The translations under genes were made by a program, and so were the position numbers. Shown piece after piece: positions 26,946 through 37,649 of a DNA stretch of 55,371 bases (its first letter is position 1; every line of letters begins with the position of its first letter). Source of the DNA: Bdellovibrionales bacterium (lineage in GTDB: Bacteria > Bdellovibrionota > Bdellovibrionia > Bdellovibrionales > JAMPXM01); the NCBI GenBank assembly GCA_005808505.1, contig SYLX01000104.1:1-55371 (forward strand), in the 5' to 3' direction. Below the pieces are notes generated by a model that searched no databases, had not been told where the DNA came from, and saw nothing but the letters and a program-made list of their open reading frames with translations.

Positions 26946-28388
26946 TTGGTGACTCGTATCGCGCGCCCGTTCATGTACGCTCTGCGCGCATTAAACATTT
27001 TATCTTTAGTTGCGGGTCTCATCGGCTCTCCGGTGAGCCATGCCGTGGAGATTAAGCTCAACCGCTCCTTGCGGATGAGTATGGTTTCCAATGAAAACGG
27101 TAAGGCTGAGTCTGCCGTTGGGCTGCTCAAGGCCGGCAGTATCGTGGATGTTCCGGATGCTTTTCGCGTTAAGAATGCCAAAGGCGAAACGGATGCGGAA
27201 CTCACGCTCAACAATTGGCTAAAGACGGCAGGTCAAATCGGCTACAAACAAGAAAAACGAGCCGGTGGGGTCGTGATGAAAAACGACACGCACATCGATT
27301 ATTTTTATCCCATCAAAGTTGTTCGTGCTGCCGAAGGTTCAAATTTGCCGACTTACAAAGGTAAGTCGTACTTCATGGCGCTTCGGATGTTGCGCCAAAC
27401 TCCTAGCGGACTCATGGTAACCGAAGACGCTCCACTCGAAGATTTAGAAGCCAGCCCGGTGACCCTGCGGGAAATCGAAGGACGCGCGTGTGCCGAGGGT
27501 CGGTGCGGAAACGCTCGCCCCGGCGCGATTACTGAGCTCGTCAATGACCTCAAGCCGGCCCTCGTTGCGGCCGAGCAAAAACGTGGGCTCACGGCTCGCC
27601 GAACATCATTGGATTTCGAGAAGCTTCGCGAAAAGTTCCGCAACTCCTGTGGTTTCAGCCTCGACTCTTACGTACCGCTCGTGAAAAAGCGTGCTGCGAG
27701 CGCAGGAATTCCGGCTGACATTCTCCTCTCCATCATGGTGCAAGAATCCTCTGGCCGCTGCTGGGCGCGGAACGTGAATGGCGATTCAAGTCGCGATTCC
27801 GGCCTCTTCGGCGCAAACTCGAACACGGCCCGCATGCGCCACTGTACGAATGCTGAGATCGAGATCATGCGAAACTCCCGCGTTGCGGATTTGGACCGTG
27901 GCCCACGTTGCATCGAAAATCCCGCGATTAACCTCGATCAAGCTGTGAAAACTCTGCTCGACAAAGCAGATGCCCTGACCAGTGACCTCCGCATCGGACG
28001 AACCCGACTCAAAGGCTTTGAAGACGATCGGCTGCGCGATTCGAAAGGCCAGCTCACGCGCGACGGATGGCGCCTCGCGGTTTCCGCATACAACGGTGGT
28101 GAGCGGTGGGTGCTTCAGGCAAAGAGCGACTTGGAGTCCTTCAATCGGCGACGCGGAACTCGATTGGATCCCTACAAATGGGAAGATCTTCGCCTCTTCT
28201 ACCTGAGAAGTTCGCTCGATGGGTCCCAGCAAGAAGACCATTTTGGTAGCGCGCGAGAAGGCCGTTGGACCCGGAACTCAATTCTGAATCTTGCTTACAC
28301 CGAAAACGTGGTTCCGCGTCGCCGCTCGTCTCCTCGTGAGGCCATGACAATCGCCGAGCACTGGCGCGGCTACGGAACCAAACTTTAA
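26946..28388 (+). CDS. secreted lytic transglycosylase (SLT-domain) protein
   Basis: Signal peptide and an SLT core (LLSIMVQESSGRCWARNVNGDSSRDSGLFG...AYNGG). Confidence 0.65.
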   Translation: MVTRIARPFMYALRALNILSLVAGLIGSPVSHAVEIKLNRSLRMSMVSNENGKAESAVGLLKAGSIVDVPDAFRVKNAKGETDAELTLNNWLKTAGQIGYKQEKRAGGVVMKNDTHIDYFYPIKVVRAAEGSNLPTYKGKSYFMALRMLRQTPSGLMVTEDAPLEDLEASPVTLREIEGRACAEGRCGNARPGAITELVNDLKPALVAAEQKRGLTARRTSLDFEKLREKFRNSCGFSLDSYVPLVKKRAASAGIPADILLSIMVQESSGRCWARNVNGDSSRDSGLFGANSNTARMRHCTNAEIEIMRNSRVADLDRGPRCIENPAINLDQAVKTLLDKADALTSDLRIGRTRLKGFEDDRLRDSKGQLTRDGWRLAVSAYNGGERWVLQAKSDLESFNRRRGTRLDPYKWEDLRLFYLRSSLDGSQQEDHFGSAREGRWTRNSILNLAYTENVVPRRRSSPREAMTIAEHWRGYGTKL

Positions 28389-28427
28389 AACTCGTTGGCG
28401 GAACCGTAAGCAACGCGATACTTTCAT

Positions 28428-29267
28428 TTGCGCATGTCCGCCACGGTTTGCCTCCTTATTTCAGGTCTCTGCTTTGCGCTTGTTCACTCAAGCGTTAAAT
28501 TTCTTCCGCACATTCCGGCGCACGAGCTTGTGTTCCTGCGTGCCGTGGTTTCAACGATCTTAAGTCTCGGTGCACTTCGAGCAGCGAACCTCTCGCCTTG
28601 GGGAAAAAACAAGCCGATGCTAATCGCGCGAGGTCTTGCGGGAACCGCAGCGCTTCTCCTGTACTTCTACACTCTCCAGCATATGCCGCTCGCGAGCGCA
28701 GTTACGATTCAATACTTGCATCCGATACTGACGGTGATCTTAGCGGGACTCCTGTTGAGAGAATCACCGACTTGGCTTCAATGGGTGTTTTTCACGATCT
28801 CATTTGCCGGAGTTCTTCTCGTACGAGGATTTGATCCTCGGGTGAGCGGCATCGACGTCATGATCGGAGTTCTCTCCGCTTTCTGTTCTTCTTGCGCTTA
28901 CACCCTAATCCGGATGCTACGCCACGAAGATCACGCGCTTGTCGTGGTCTTTTATTTACCGTTCGTGAGTCTTATTGTAATCGGCCCGTTTACATTAACC
29001 CATTGGGTGACTCCCCACGGTTGGGACTGGCTCGTTATTTTGTTCATCGGAGTTTTCACGCAGATTGCCCAGTATTTCATGACCAAAGCCTACCAAGCGG
29101 ACACGGCAGCAAATATCTCGAACCTGAATTATCTCGGAATCGTTTACGCCCTGATGATTGGACTGATCTTCTTTGGCGAATCCGTCGAAGCGCTTGCTTT
29201 AGTTGGAATGGGTTTGATTGCGTTCAGCACCATTTTGAGTACCCGCTTTCGCAAAGCTCACACTTAA
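28428..29267 (+). CDS. DMT-superfamily (EamA-like) transporter
   Basis: Ten TM helices in two EamA-like halves. Confidence 0.7.
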   Translation: MRMSATVCLLISGLCFALVHSSVKFLPHIPAHELVFLRAVVSTILSLGALRAANLSPWGKNKPMLIARGLAGTAALLLYFYTLQHMPLASAVTIQYLHPILTVILAGLLLRESPTWLQWVFFTISFAGVLLVRGFDPRVSGIDVMIGVLSAFCSSCAYTLIRMLRHEDHALVVVFYLPFVSLIVIGPFTLTHWVTPHGWDWLVILFIGVFTQIAQYFMTKAYQADTAANISNLNYLGIVYALMIGLIFFGESVEALALVGMGLIAFSTILSTRFRKAHT

Positions 29268-29432
29268 TGCCTCGATTTGTCACCGCTTGCGCGAATCGTC
29301 CCTAGCGGCTCGCGCAAACGCGAAATTCCGCACTGGTTTCGCATATAACGGAGCTTATCGATGATGCGATGGCATGTGCCTTGAACTCTCAATCTCGGTT
29401 GAGATTCAAGTCCCATTTGCTTTGGAGCTAAG

Positions 29433-30020
29433 ATGAAAAACCTCTTTGATCATCGAAAGATCGCGCAGATCATCTGCGTTTACCTCTTTGCTTTAATCGC
29501 GGCTGTAGCTTGTGGCGACAGCTTCTCGCCTCGTAAGGACATGAAGCCGCCCGTGGGTCAAAAAACTGAAACGTCTTCTCCCCAGGAACTTCCGGCAAAC
29601 GCGTTTAAGCCTAACCTCGTTTCGGCAAAACGTTCGAGCGAATCGCTGAGCGGTCCGGTCTTAATCGAATTTGCTTTCAGCGACAAAGAGCAACAGTTAG
29701 CCCTTTCGGTTGAACACTCGTCGCAACAACTGCAAGCTTCCAATTCCACGAACGTGGGGACAGTCAAATACACGGTCATCAGCTTCTGTGAAACAGATAG
29801 CTGCGATTCCGTAGCGGCTCTCATCGAAAAACACGATGAGAGCGTTGAGCCCGCAAAAGTAGAACAAAGTGCTTTCGTTCTTGTCGGAATGAGTGTTGAG
29901 GGCGACCAAAGCGTTGAAGACGCAAGTCAACTAACCGTTGAGCAATCGAAGCATGCGACCACTTTTGACGATGCTCAAAAGGCCTTGCAAGCGCTCCGAA
30001 AGAAAACAGAGAAAAATTAA
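29433..30020 (+). CDS. hypothetical lipoprotein / secreted protein
   Basis: Signal peptide with a Cys (AAVACGDS), then acidic low complexity. Confidence 0.45.
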   Translation: MKNLFDHRKIAQIICVYLFALIAAVACGDSFSPRKDMKPPVGQKTETSSPQELPANAFKPNLVSAKRSSESLSGPVLIEFAFSDKEQQLALSVEHSSQQLQASNSTNVGTVKYTVISFCETDSCDSVAALIEKHDESVEPAKVEQSAFVLVGMSVEGDQSVEDASQLTVEQSKHATTFDDAQKALQALRKKTEKN

Positions 30021-30046
30021 AGTCGCGTCGTCGTGAGATCTTTTGA

Positions 30047-30086
30047 AAAGGCCCTTCCTGCCGGACGCTAGAAGGGCTTTTTCGTT
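30047..30086. terminator. bidirectional rho-independent terminator
   Basis: Stem gcccttc/gaagggc (30052-30058 / 30071-30077), a 12-nt loop, then T5. It lies between convergent genes ending at 30020 and 30094. Confidence 0.75.
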
Positions 30087-30093
30087 TTGAACC

Positions 30094-31125
30094 TCAAACC
30101 TTGAAACGCTCAACGGCTGACATCAGCTCACGAAGAGTTCCGGGCTCATCAAAAGCGTGCCCGCCATCGGGAACGATCTTGAACTCGGCCTCTGGCCACG
30201 CAGCGTGAAGATCGAACGCATTCTTAATCGGGCAAACCACGTCGTAGCGCCCGTGAACAATCACCGTCGGGATGTGACGGATCTTTGCAACATTCTCGAT
30301 GAGATAATTGTCAGTCTTAAAGAAAGCTTTGTTCACGAAGTAATGGCATTCGATTCGCGCCAGCGAAACGGCCATATGGTCCGAAGTGAATTTTAAATAA
30401 GTCGATTCATCCGGCACGAGATGAACGGTCGCGCCTTCCCATCCGCTCCAAGCTTTTGCCGCATCCAAACGAGTGTTTTCGTCTTCGCTTGTGAGCCGCT
30501 TGTAGAACGCGTTCACTAAATCATGGCGCTCCGCCTGCGGAATCGGCTCGAGATACTTCTCCCATACATCGGGAAAGATCCAGTGAGCACCTCGCTGATA
30601 AAACCATTCGATCTCTGATTCACGACAGAGAAAAATTCCGCGTAGAACCAAGTGACTAACGGAATCAGGGTGAGTTTCGGCATACGCAAGTGCAAGTGTA
30701 CTTCCCCACGAACCGCCGAAGACGAGCCACTTCTCGACACCGAGGTGTTTTCGAAGTTTCTCGATATCGCTGACGAGATCCCAAGTCGTGTTGTCACGAA
30801 GCTCGGCGTGTGGGCGACTTTTTCCTGCACCTCGTTGATCCATCAAAATAATGCGAAAATGTTTGGGATCAAAGATGCGCCGGTGTTTAGGGCCGAAGCC
30901 CGCGCCGGGCCCTCCATGGAGAAAAAGCACCGGTTGTCCTTTGGGATTTCCGCATTCTTCTACGTAGAGTTCGTGAAGGTCAGAAACTCGAAAGTGAAAC
31001 GATTGATTAGGCTCGATCTCGGGAAAAAGCGCTGGCCCTTCTAGCTGGATGCAAGGCGCACTCACTTGTCGAGTGCTGCCCGGACGCTTTTCGGTTGAGC
31101 GATCTTTCGTTGAGTGCTCGGACAT
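30094..31125 (-). CDS. pip: proline iminopeptidase (alpha/beta hydrolase, S33)
   Basis: HGGPG oxyanion motif, GGSWGSTLALAYA nucleophile elbow, and overall Pip-like organisation. Confidence 0.8.
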   Translation of the reverse strand: MSEHSTKDRSTEKRPGSTRQVSAPCIQLEGPALFPEIEPNQSFHFRVSDLHELYVEECGNPKGQPVLFLHGGPGAGFGPKHRRIFDPKHFRIILMDQRGAGKSRPHAELRDNTTWDLVSDIEKLRKHLGVEKWLVFGGSWGSTLALAYAETHPDSVSHLVLRGIFLCRESEIEWFYQRGAHWIFPDVWEKYLEPIPQAERHDLVNAFYKRLTSEDENTRLDAAKAWSGWEGATVHLVPDESTYLKFTSDHMAVSLARIECHYFVNKAFFKTDNYLIENVAKIRHIPTVIVHGRYDVVCPIKNAFDLHAAWPEAEFKIVPDGGHAFDEPGTLRELMSAVERFKV

Positions 31126-31188
31126 CTTCCCTCCTCGGCGATGATTTGGCTCGTGGTGGGGAATGATAAAAACCTAAGAGAGAAAGGG

Positions 31189-32358
31189 CTACTCCAAAAG
31201 CTCTGGCTTGATCCTTTTGTTCGGTGCAGCACCGAGCTCCCGGAGAAGTTCAATCTTGCGGAAGACGTTTCCTGGCCCATCGCGAAGCTTGCGGCGTGCT
31301 TCTTCATACTGATTCAAACCTGATTCGAAGACTCGCCCGATTTTTTCAAAATCATCGTGAAAGCCCACGAACTTGTCGTAGAGCTTCGCCGCTTCCTGCG
31401 CGATTTCTTGAGCGTTGCGATTTTGATGCTCCAGGCGCCAAATACTTGCGACAGTTTTTAAAGAAGTAAAGAGTGTGGTCGACGTCACGATCGCAACTCC
31501 CTTCTTCCAGGCGCGCGTGGCGAGATCAGGATCGTGTCGCATCGCCATGAGGTACGCGGGTTCAATCGGGGTGAATAGAAAAACGAATTCAGGTGTCTTG
31601 AGGCCCTTAAGCTTCGGGTAATGTTTTTCAGCGAGATCTTCGACGTGATTCAGAAGCGACTCTACGTGCGCCTTGAGATGGCGCTCACGCTCAAGAGGGT
31701 CTTGCGAACTGCAATGGAGCTCATAGGCTTTCAAGCTGACCTTTGAATCTATTATGATTTGCTTGTCGTCAGGCAAATTGACGAGAACATCAGGGCGATA
31801 CCGATCTCCTTCTTCGCTATCGAGCGATGTCTGTGTCGAATATTCGATGCCGTTGCGGAGCCCGGAAGACTCGAGGATGTTCTCGAGCACGAGCTCGCCC
31901 CAATCTCCTTGGAATTTAGAGTCGCCCTTTAAAGCCTGGGTGAGATTGTTCGTTTCAAATGCCATCTTTTCGTTAAGCTGAATAAGCCGTTCAACTTCAG
32001 CTTTCAAAACGTGACGTTCACGGCCTTCGGTTTGGTAGGTGTCATCGACTTTTTTCTCGAAGTCTTTGAGCCGTTCTTTAAGCGGAACGAGAAGCCGCTC
32101 AAGACCTTTCTCGCTCGATTCCTGAAATTGCCGCGTTTCTCGCTCGATTACACGAGTCGCTAGATTTTCAAATTCGGCTCGCGCGGCGGCGCGCAGAGTC
32201 TCCTCTTGATTCGCACGATCGGTTAATCGCGCTTCGAGAAATTTTACTTGAGCATGCGCCTCGCTCAATCCCTGCATTGCACTGATGAGTCGATAGACGA
32301 CAAAGGCTAAAACAATAAACAGTAGAAAGGCCACCGCAGATACTAGGCTAAGCGCCAT
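31189..32358 (-). CDS. rmuC: DNA recombination protein RmuC
   Basis: N-terminal TM segment, a long coiled coil, and the conserved RmuC C-terminal block (FVFLFTPIEPAYLMAM...IVTSTTLFTSLKTVA). Confidence 0.8.
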   Translation of the reverse strand: MALSLVSAVAFLLFIVLAFVVYRLISAMQGLSEAHAQVKFLEARLTDRANQEETLRAAARAEFENLATRVIERETRQFQESSEKGLERLLVPLKERLKDFEKKVDDTYQTEGRERHVLKAEVERLIQLNEKMAFETNNLTQALKGDSKFQGDWGELVLENILESSGLRNGIEYSTQTSLDSEEGDRYRPDVLVNLPDDKQIIIDSKVSLKAYELHCSSQDPLERERHLKAHVESLLNHVEDLAEKHYPKLKGLKTPEFVFLFTPIEPAYLMAMRHDPDLATRAWKKGVAIVTSTTLFTSLKTVASIWRLEHQNRNAQEIAQEAAKLYDKFVGFHDDFEKIGRVFESGLNQYEEARRKLRDGPGNVFRKIELLRELGAAPNKRIKPELLE

Positions 32359-32472
32359 CGAAGCGACTCCCAGGTTGAGTTCTGAGCTTTATTCGGAGCG
32401 ATTCTAGCAAATTACCACTGCGGGCGTTGGTGTCGCAAGAGAGCGTCCATCTCGCCGCTCTCCTGCCGAAGT

Positions 32473-32937
32473 TTACTTCTTCTTTTTCTTAGGAGCCGAA
32501 GTTGCGGCTGGCGCAGTCGATGAACCACGGAAGAAACGATCGAGACTGAAGCGGCCACCACCGATGATCATGAACGCAAAAGCGATCGAGAGATAGAGAA
32601 GCGAGAGCTCTTTGTTTTGAAAAGGATCGGCTGCGTGCGCAACGAAGGCCGCTACGCACATGGTGGAAAGGATGCCGAACGACGAGAGTCGCGTGAGAAA
32701 ACCAAATGCGAGTCCGAGCCCGCCCAGGAATTCGGCGCTGGACGCCAGCCACGCAAAAACTTCGGGGGCGGGTAAACCCATCTCACCAACCCCGCTCACA
32801 AATTTTTCGCTCGGTGGAAATTTGCCTTTCCCATGCGCAAGTGACATGGCAAGGCCCGCGAATACGCGCGGAACTAACAGAGCCAACTCGGCGGTCGATG
32901 AAGGAAACGGGAGCGATCCAAAAAGTAGGCGCTTGAT
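32473..32937 (-). CDS. DoxX-family membrane protein
   Basis: Four-TM DoxX pattern (RVFAGLAM...EFLGGLGLAFGFLTRL...). Confidence 0.65.
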   Translation of the reverse strand: MKRLLFGSLPFPSSTAELALLVPRVFAGLAMSLAHGKGKFPPSEKFVSGVGEMGLPAPEVFAWLASSAEFLGGLGLAFGFLTRLSSFGILSTMCVAAFVAHAADPFQNKELSLLYLSIAFAFMIIGGGRFSLDRFFRGSSTAPAATSAPKKKKK

Positions 32938-32994
32938 CATTCGTACATCCTTTGAAGCTTGGAACTTAGATTCCACTAGATGCGCAAAGCCGAA

Positions 32995-33864
32995 TCAAGC
33001 GAGCAAGATAAAAATACCGATCCCGATTGCCACCACCGCTATGATCTTTGCTTTCGTGAGCGGCTCTTTGAAGACCATGAGACCAAGACCTAAGGCGGCA
33101 ATCAAACCAAATGAGCGCTTGAGCGCGTCGAAGTGACCAACCGGAACCTCTCGAATTGACCAAAGCTGCGTAAACAGCGCTAGGGCCGCGAATCCCACGG
33201 CGGTGGCCAGCCAGACGCCATTGCTCAAAGCCCCTTTGAGATCGAGAGGCTGGCGCCGGACTTTCAAGACTGAAGCAAGAACGGCCGCACTCGCGATGCT
33301 CTGAATGAAAGCGTGTTGAGAGGAAGGAAGCGACTCTAAGCATATTTTGTCGAAGACTGGCGTAACCGCGAAGAGAAAGGCGACGACCGCCATGAGCGCT
33401 AGGCCCTTCACCACGCGAGATCGTTCCTCAACCGAAGGGTGTGCACGGCTGGAAGCGCGGCCTAAGAAAAATGTACTCGCCACGATGATCACGATTCCGA
33501 GGGCCTGACGAGCACTCGTCTTTTCACCGAGTAGCAAGAACCCACCAAGGGTAGAAAAAACGGGAGTCAAAGACAAAACCGGTACGGCGAGACTAAGTGG
33601 AGCTAAGCGAACAGCCTGAATGAACCAAATATTCCCGAGCAAATTGAGAGTCAGGCTCGCGAGAGCGGGCCACCAATAAGATGAGGACGGATGGGTCCAA
33701 GGTTCAATCAGCGCAACGCCTGCGAAAAGAGGGGCTTGTAAAAGCATGAGCCAAACGACTGCAGCAGCTGGCGAGACGCTCGATGAAAGTCGCTTGCGAC
33801 TCATATCGAACAGCGACCACGAGAGACTCGAAACAAAGATCACTAACAAAACGAACGCGGACAA
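32995..33864 (-). CDS. DMT-superfamily (EamA-like) transporter
   Basis: Ten TM helices in two EamA halves. Confidence 0.7.
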   Translation of the reverse strand: MSAFVLLVIFVSSLSWSLFDMSRKRLSSSVSPAAAVVWLMLLQAPLFAGVALIEPWTHPSSSYWWPALASLTLNLLGNIWFIQAVRLAPLSLAVPVLSLTPVFSTLGGFLLLGEKTSARQALGIVIIVASTFFLGRASSRAHPSVEERSRVVKGLALMAVVAFLFAVTPVFDKICLESLPSSQHAFIQSIASAAVLASVLKVRRQPLDLKGALSNGVWLATAVGFAALALFTQLWSIREVPVGHFDALKRSFGLIAALGLGLMVFKEPLTKAKIIAVVAIGIGIFILLA

Positions 33865-34008
33865 CTCAACTCCCCCGTGAGCGCGAAAAACTTCGGTGCC
33901 AATCTATGTGCACACGGAAATTGTCCGCCCTCACGAAGGGATTTGGCAAGCTCGTCGAGAGCCTTTGAAACTTTCAAATCTCGACCGACGTGCTTTAGAC
34001 GAAATTTT

Positions 34009-34329
34009 TTAGCGGTCTTCCGGAGACTGACGGTGACCATCCGAAACTTGATCACGCGCGCCTTCAGCTGGATCATCCGTTGAAGTGTAGCGTTCCGACG
34101 GGCGCTGATGATCACGTCCTTGATCGGGCCCGAGATTTTCCGCAACGTCACTGCGATTCGTATCGTTTGAAATCTCGTTTGCCTCTCTTTCAGAGACATC
34201 GACACCAGGTTTTCCCGCACTCATCTCACGATTTGCACGATTCATCATCCGCTCAATTCTTGCTCCACTCGGGTGAGCTTCAGGATTGATTTCAGAATTT
34301 TGAGCATTCGGTTCAGAACGTGTAGCCAT
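34009..34329 (-). CDS. possible acidic, low-complexity (disordered) protein; coding status doubtful
   Basis: ORF in a 700-bp region with several overlapping weak ORFs; no motifs. Confidence 0.2.
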   Translation of the reverse strand: MATRSEPNAQNSEINPEAHPSGARIERMMNRANREMSAGKPGVDVSEREANEISNDTNRSDVAENLGPDQGRDHQRPSERYTSTDDPAEGARDQVSDGHRQSPEDR

Positions 34330-34608
34330 GACTACCCCCATTTGGTTTTCCGAGCCTGAGAATTCCAAAACGCGGACGAAAATGAATGAGTGACGTGTGA
34401 AGTTCATTTCAGGATTTTTGCAGATGTGCTTCTCTCCGACCGTGTCTGTCGGCCTCAACAATCAGTTCATGTCGCGACGACTCGCGACAAGTCGGCCCAA
34501 ATTCACTTCATCTAGACAATTTCGACAACGAGTGGAAAAGCGCTCTTAGATCTCATGAATGAAGATAGTTGTGCGAGTTCAACCCGCGCAGGCATGTGAA
34601 GGAAGACG

Positions 34609-35417
34609 ACGTGAGATCTTTGTTCCTGCTTTTCATGACCGCAGTCATTATCGGATCCAGTGTCGGGAACGTTGGCTGCACGTCAACGCCGACGGCAGTT
34701 GGTAACAACGAACTTGCTCCTGTCTCTCCCTCCGCACCAGAAACGGCCGCAAATCTCGAGGCCGCGGCGAACCGCATTCGCGAAATCAAACCGACGACCT
34801 ACGCTGTGCCAGACGCTACAGATCGCAAGGGTCGCGTCGACGTACGCAACCTCGGAGTTCAGCAACTGCGAACTAAAGAGCGAGGCGGCACCTTACCAGC
34901 CATCCACATCGAGATGACCGTCGCGAACAATCGCGGCGATTTAGGTTGGAACATCGATGCCCGCCTTCAACAACTCGTTCTCGATGATGGCAAAAAACTA
35001 CGGCCCGCATTTGTTTCAGTATCAAGAAGTGGTCAGCAAACTCGACGCGCGACAAACCTTCCGTTCATCCCCATCCTCCAAAACGAGACTAAACAAATTC
35101 ATCTCTTTTATCCGCTACCCGAAGATCGCAGAAGCCCAGGGTCAATCCAGGCTTTCGCCTTTGACTGGCAGTTGATCAGCGGCAATCAGCTTGTTAGTCG
35201 CATCACTGATTTCGGCAGCCTCGGATTGACAAGCGAACAAGTCGATATCGGCAGCGTGAGACCTCCTGAAGGTTTTTCGCGTGAGAGCGAAAGTGGCTCC
35301 ACGCTCGGTCCGGACTCAGACCCTTCAACTCCATCACCACCGATCGGTATTCAAACAGATTGGTGGCAGGATCCTTTTGCTGATCTTCCTTTTCCCTGGC
35401 GAGATGTGGTGCGCTGA
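34609..35417 (+). CDS. hypothetical lipoprotein
   Basis: Signal peptide with lipobox-like NVGC. Start assigned to the GTG at about 34609. Confidence 0.45.
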
Positions 35418-35772
35418 TGAGTGTGAAGATGACGAAATCAGCAACTAGACCAAAGTCTGTTTACCCTAGGAAAACCCATTCTGTTTGTTTGCGAATGAAT
35501 TGGATCGAGTGTGACTTTTTTCAAACGCGACCTTGCAATTCTCAACGAACACTCGACATCACTCCACATGGAAGTGTGCTGCTTCTGCAACACTTCTCGG
35601 GCACTCGTGACAAGAAGCTGACGCATTGCCGGGCTTCGCAAAAAAATTTCATCGCCGCGCACGAAAGCCTCTTGCCAATCTATCAAAGAACAAATGATGC
35701 TCAACACATAGAACAACATCAATGGTTGGCGACGGCATGGTTGCTGTCGTCCGTCATGAAGGAGTAACAGTA

Positions 35773-36924
35773 ATGGCTTTGTTCAACAAAGTTACAGTTG
35801 CAGCACTCGGCGCTACCGTAGCTGCTTCTTCGGCAATGGCACAAACGGACTGGAAAGATCGTTTCACACTCGGTGGTGAAATCCGCGTTCGTGAGCAACG
35901 CGAGGTCAACGGTCAAAACGCCGGCTTAACTGGCACGACTGACAATTGGCGAACACGCCTCCGCACGCGTTTGTCGGTTTCCGCTAAGGTTAACGACATG
36001 CTGACTGCAAACATCCGCATGGCAACAAACGTGGGTATTGGCTCTAACGGAACACACAATGTAGACTTCACTCAATGGGGCAGCAACAAACCCTTCGATC
36101 TCAACCTGGGTTACCTCGATTACAAGCCGATGGCGGGAATCAACCTCCACTTCGGTAAAAACCCCAACATCTTCTGGACTCCCGGAAAAACTCCGATGGT
36201 TTGGAACGCAGACCAAACTTTCGAAGGTTTGAACGCAAAGTGGATGGGCGACTTCGGCAGCATGAAGCCCTGGGTCGGTTTGAGCTACGCGCAAATGTGG
36301 GAACGAGTTAACAACGCAGGTAATGTTGCTGCAGACGCATCCAACGGCGCTGACGTTGCGATGTTCGGCGCTCAAGCTGGTTTGAAGTGGGCTGCTGATC
36401 CTGTAGACGTGACTTTCGGCGTTGGTAGCTACAACTACAACAACATCAAAGGTCTGCTGACTTCGACAGTAGGAACTTCTACACTCGGCAACTCTGCTGA
36501 AGGCACCGCACCAAACACGACTTTCCGTTACGACTATAAACTTCTCAATGCAGGCCTCGAAGTTGGTTACAACCTCGGCTTCGCTCCTTTGACTGCATTC
36601 TTTGATTACGTAACTAACTCTGACACGAGCGAAGGCAACAACGGCATGCTCGCTGGTTTCCGCCTCGGACAGTTGAAAGACCAAGGTTCGTGGACAGTTA
36701 TGTACAACTACCGCGACGTGGCTCGCGACGCCGTCTTTGCACGCGTGTCGGATACGACGTTCCTCGCTGGTACGTCGGACGTTCGTGGTCACGAAATGCA
36801 AGTTGGCTACCAAGCTTGGCAGAGCGCGGCTCTTGGCCTGACTTACAGCTCGGGTAACCGTAACATCTCGGCTGCTAACTACACTTACGAAGCTTACTAC
36901 CTCGATCTCGTTGCTGCGTTCTAA
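35773..36924 (+). CDS. outer-membrane beta-barrel (porin-like) protein
   Basis: AGGAG RBS, signal peptide (AALGATVAASSAMAQ), alternating amphipathic strands and a C-terminal ...LDLVAAF. The long antisense ORF at 35926-36993 is judged spurious. Confidence 0.6.
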   Translation: MALFNKVTVAALGATVAASSAMAQTDWKDRFTLGGEIRVREQREVNGQNAGLTGTTDNWRTRLRTRLSVSAKVNDMLTANIRMATNVGIGSNGTHNVDFTQWGSNKPFDLNLGYLDYKPMAGINLHFGKNPNIFWTPGKTPMVWNADQTFEGLNAKWMGDFGSMKPWVGLSYAQMWERVNNAGNVAADASNGADVAMFGAQAGLKWAADPVDVTFGVGSYNYNNIKGLLTSTVGTSTLGNSAEGTAPNTTFRYDYKLLNAGLEVGYNLGFAPLTAFFDYVTNSDTSEGNNGMLAGFRLGQLKDQGSWTVMYNYRDVARDAVFARVSDTTFLAGTSDVRGHEMQVGYQAWQSAALGLTYSSGNRNISAANYTYEAYYLDLVAAF

Positions 36925-36954
36925 TCGCAACGACGTTTGAAATTTCGGTTTCAG

Positions 36955-36986
36955 AAAAACGGGAGCGGCGACGCTCCCGTTTTTTA
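36955..36986. terminator. bidirectional rho-independent terminator
   Basis: Stem GGGAGCG/CGCTCCC (36961-36967 / 36972-36978), a 4-nt loop, T6; A-tract upstream. Confidence 0.85.
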
Positions 36987-37002
36987 TTTCCAAATCGCGA
37001 AG

Positions 37003-37512
37003 TCAATGGCGAGGCGGATCCTGATCCAGCGGATGCAAACGCTTCCCTTCCTCCGCCCCGACTCCCGCAGATATTTTCGAAGTCAGCCATTGCCGATATA
37101 CTTCAGCTTCGATCGCTTTTCCACCCCAACGAGCCCGATCAAACATCGTGAGCGCCAACGTTAAGGCGTGATGTTGCCCGGCTCGGTCGCGCTCTTTTTC
37201 AAATTGAGAGTAGTGACTTTCTAAGAACTCAACGCCGGCTCGCGCCGCTGCTTCATCTTTGAAGCCCAGCTTCTCGCTGAAAATCTTCGAGTAAATATTC
37301 ATCGGGTGAGCTGAGTGAGTATAAAGATCAAAATACCCGGACAACAATCCTGACTCCTGCAGAACAGACGCTACGTAACTCGTGCGAGAGTCGGTTAAGT
37401 CGGCGAGTTCTTCGATCTCGGTTACTCCATTCACGTAGAGCGCGACAATTTGCGCCTTCTTCGTTCGCGGCGTTTTCTCATCCAGATTTCCATCGTTAGC
37501 TGAACGTTCCAT
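37003..37512 (-). CDS. hypothetical protein
   Basis: ORF with a plausible start; no recognisable domain. Confidence 0.45.
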   Translation of the reverse strand: MERSANDGNLDEKTPRTKKAQIVALYVNGVTEIEELADLTDSRTSYVASVLQESGLLSGYFDLYTHSAHPMNIYSKIFSEKLGFKDEAAARAGVEFLESHYSQFEKERDRAGQHHALTLALTMFDRARWGGKAIEAEVYRQWLTSKISAGVGAEEGKRLHPLDQDPPRH

Positions 37513-37649
37513 AGTGGCCCTCCTGCGCTGATGATCCTAACGGAGTTCCTACGATCACGGAGTAAGCCAACAGCGATTTAGTTCGAATCTTCTCAACCGT
37601 TACAACGCGACTCCATGCCCCTAATCACAAATAAATTTAGATTGGCCAC

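Noticed and set aside
35926-36993. 355-aa ORF on the minus strand
   Set aside because: It is antisense to the porin-like OMP gene, which has an AGGAG RBS, a signal peptide and a C-terminal Phe. The antisense ORF has no motifs and an implausible composition. It is a typical long shadow ORF in GC-skewed coding DNA.
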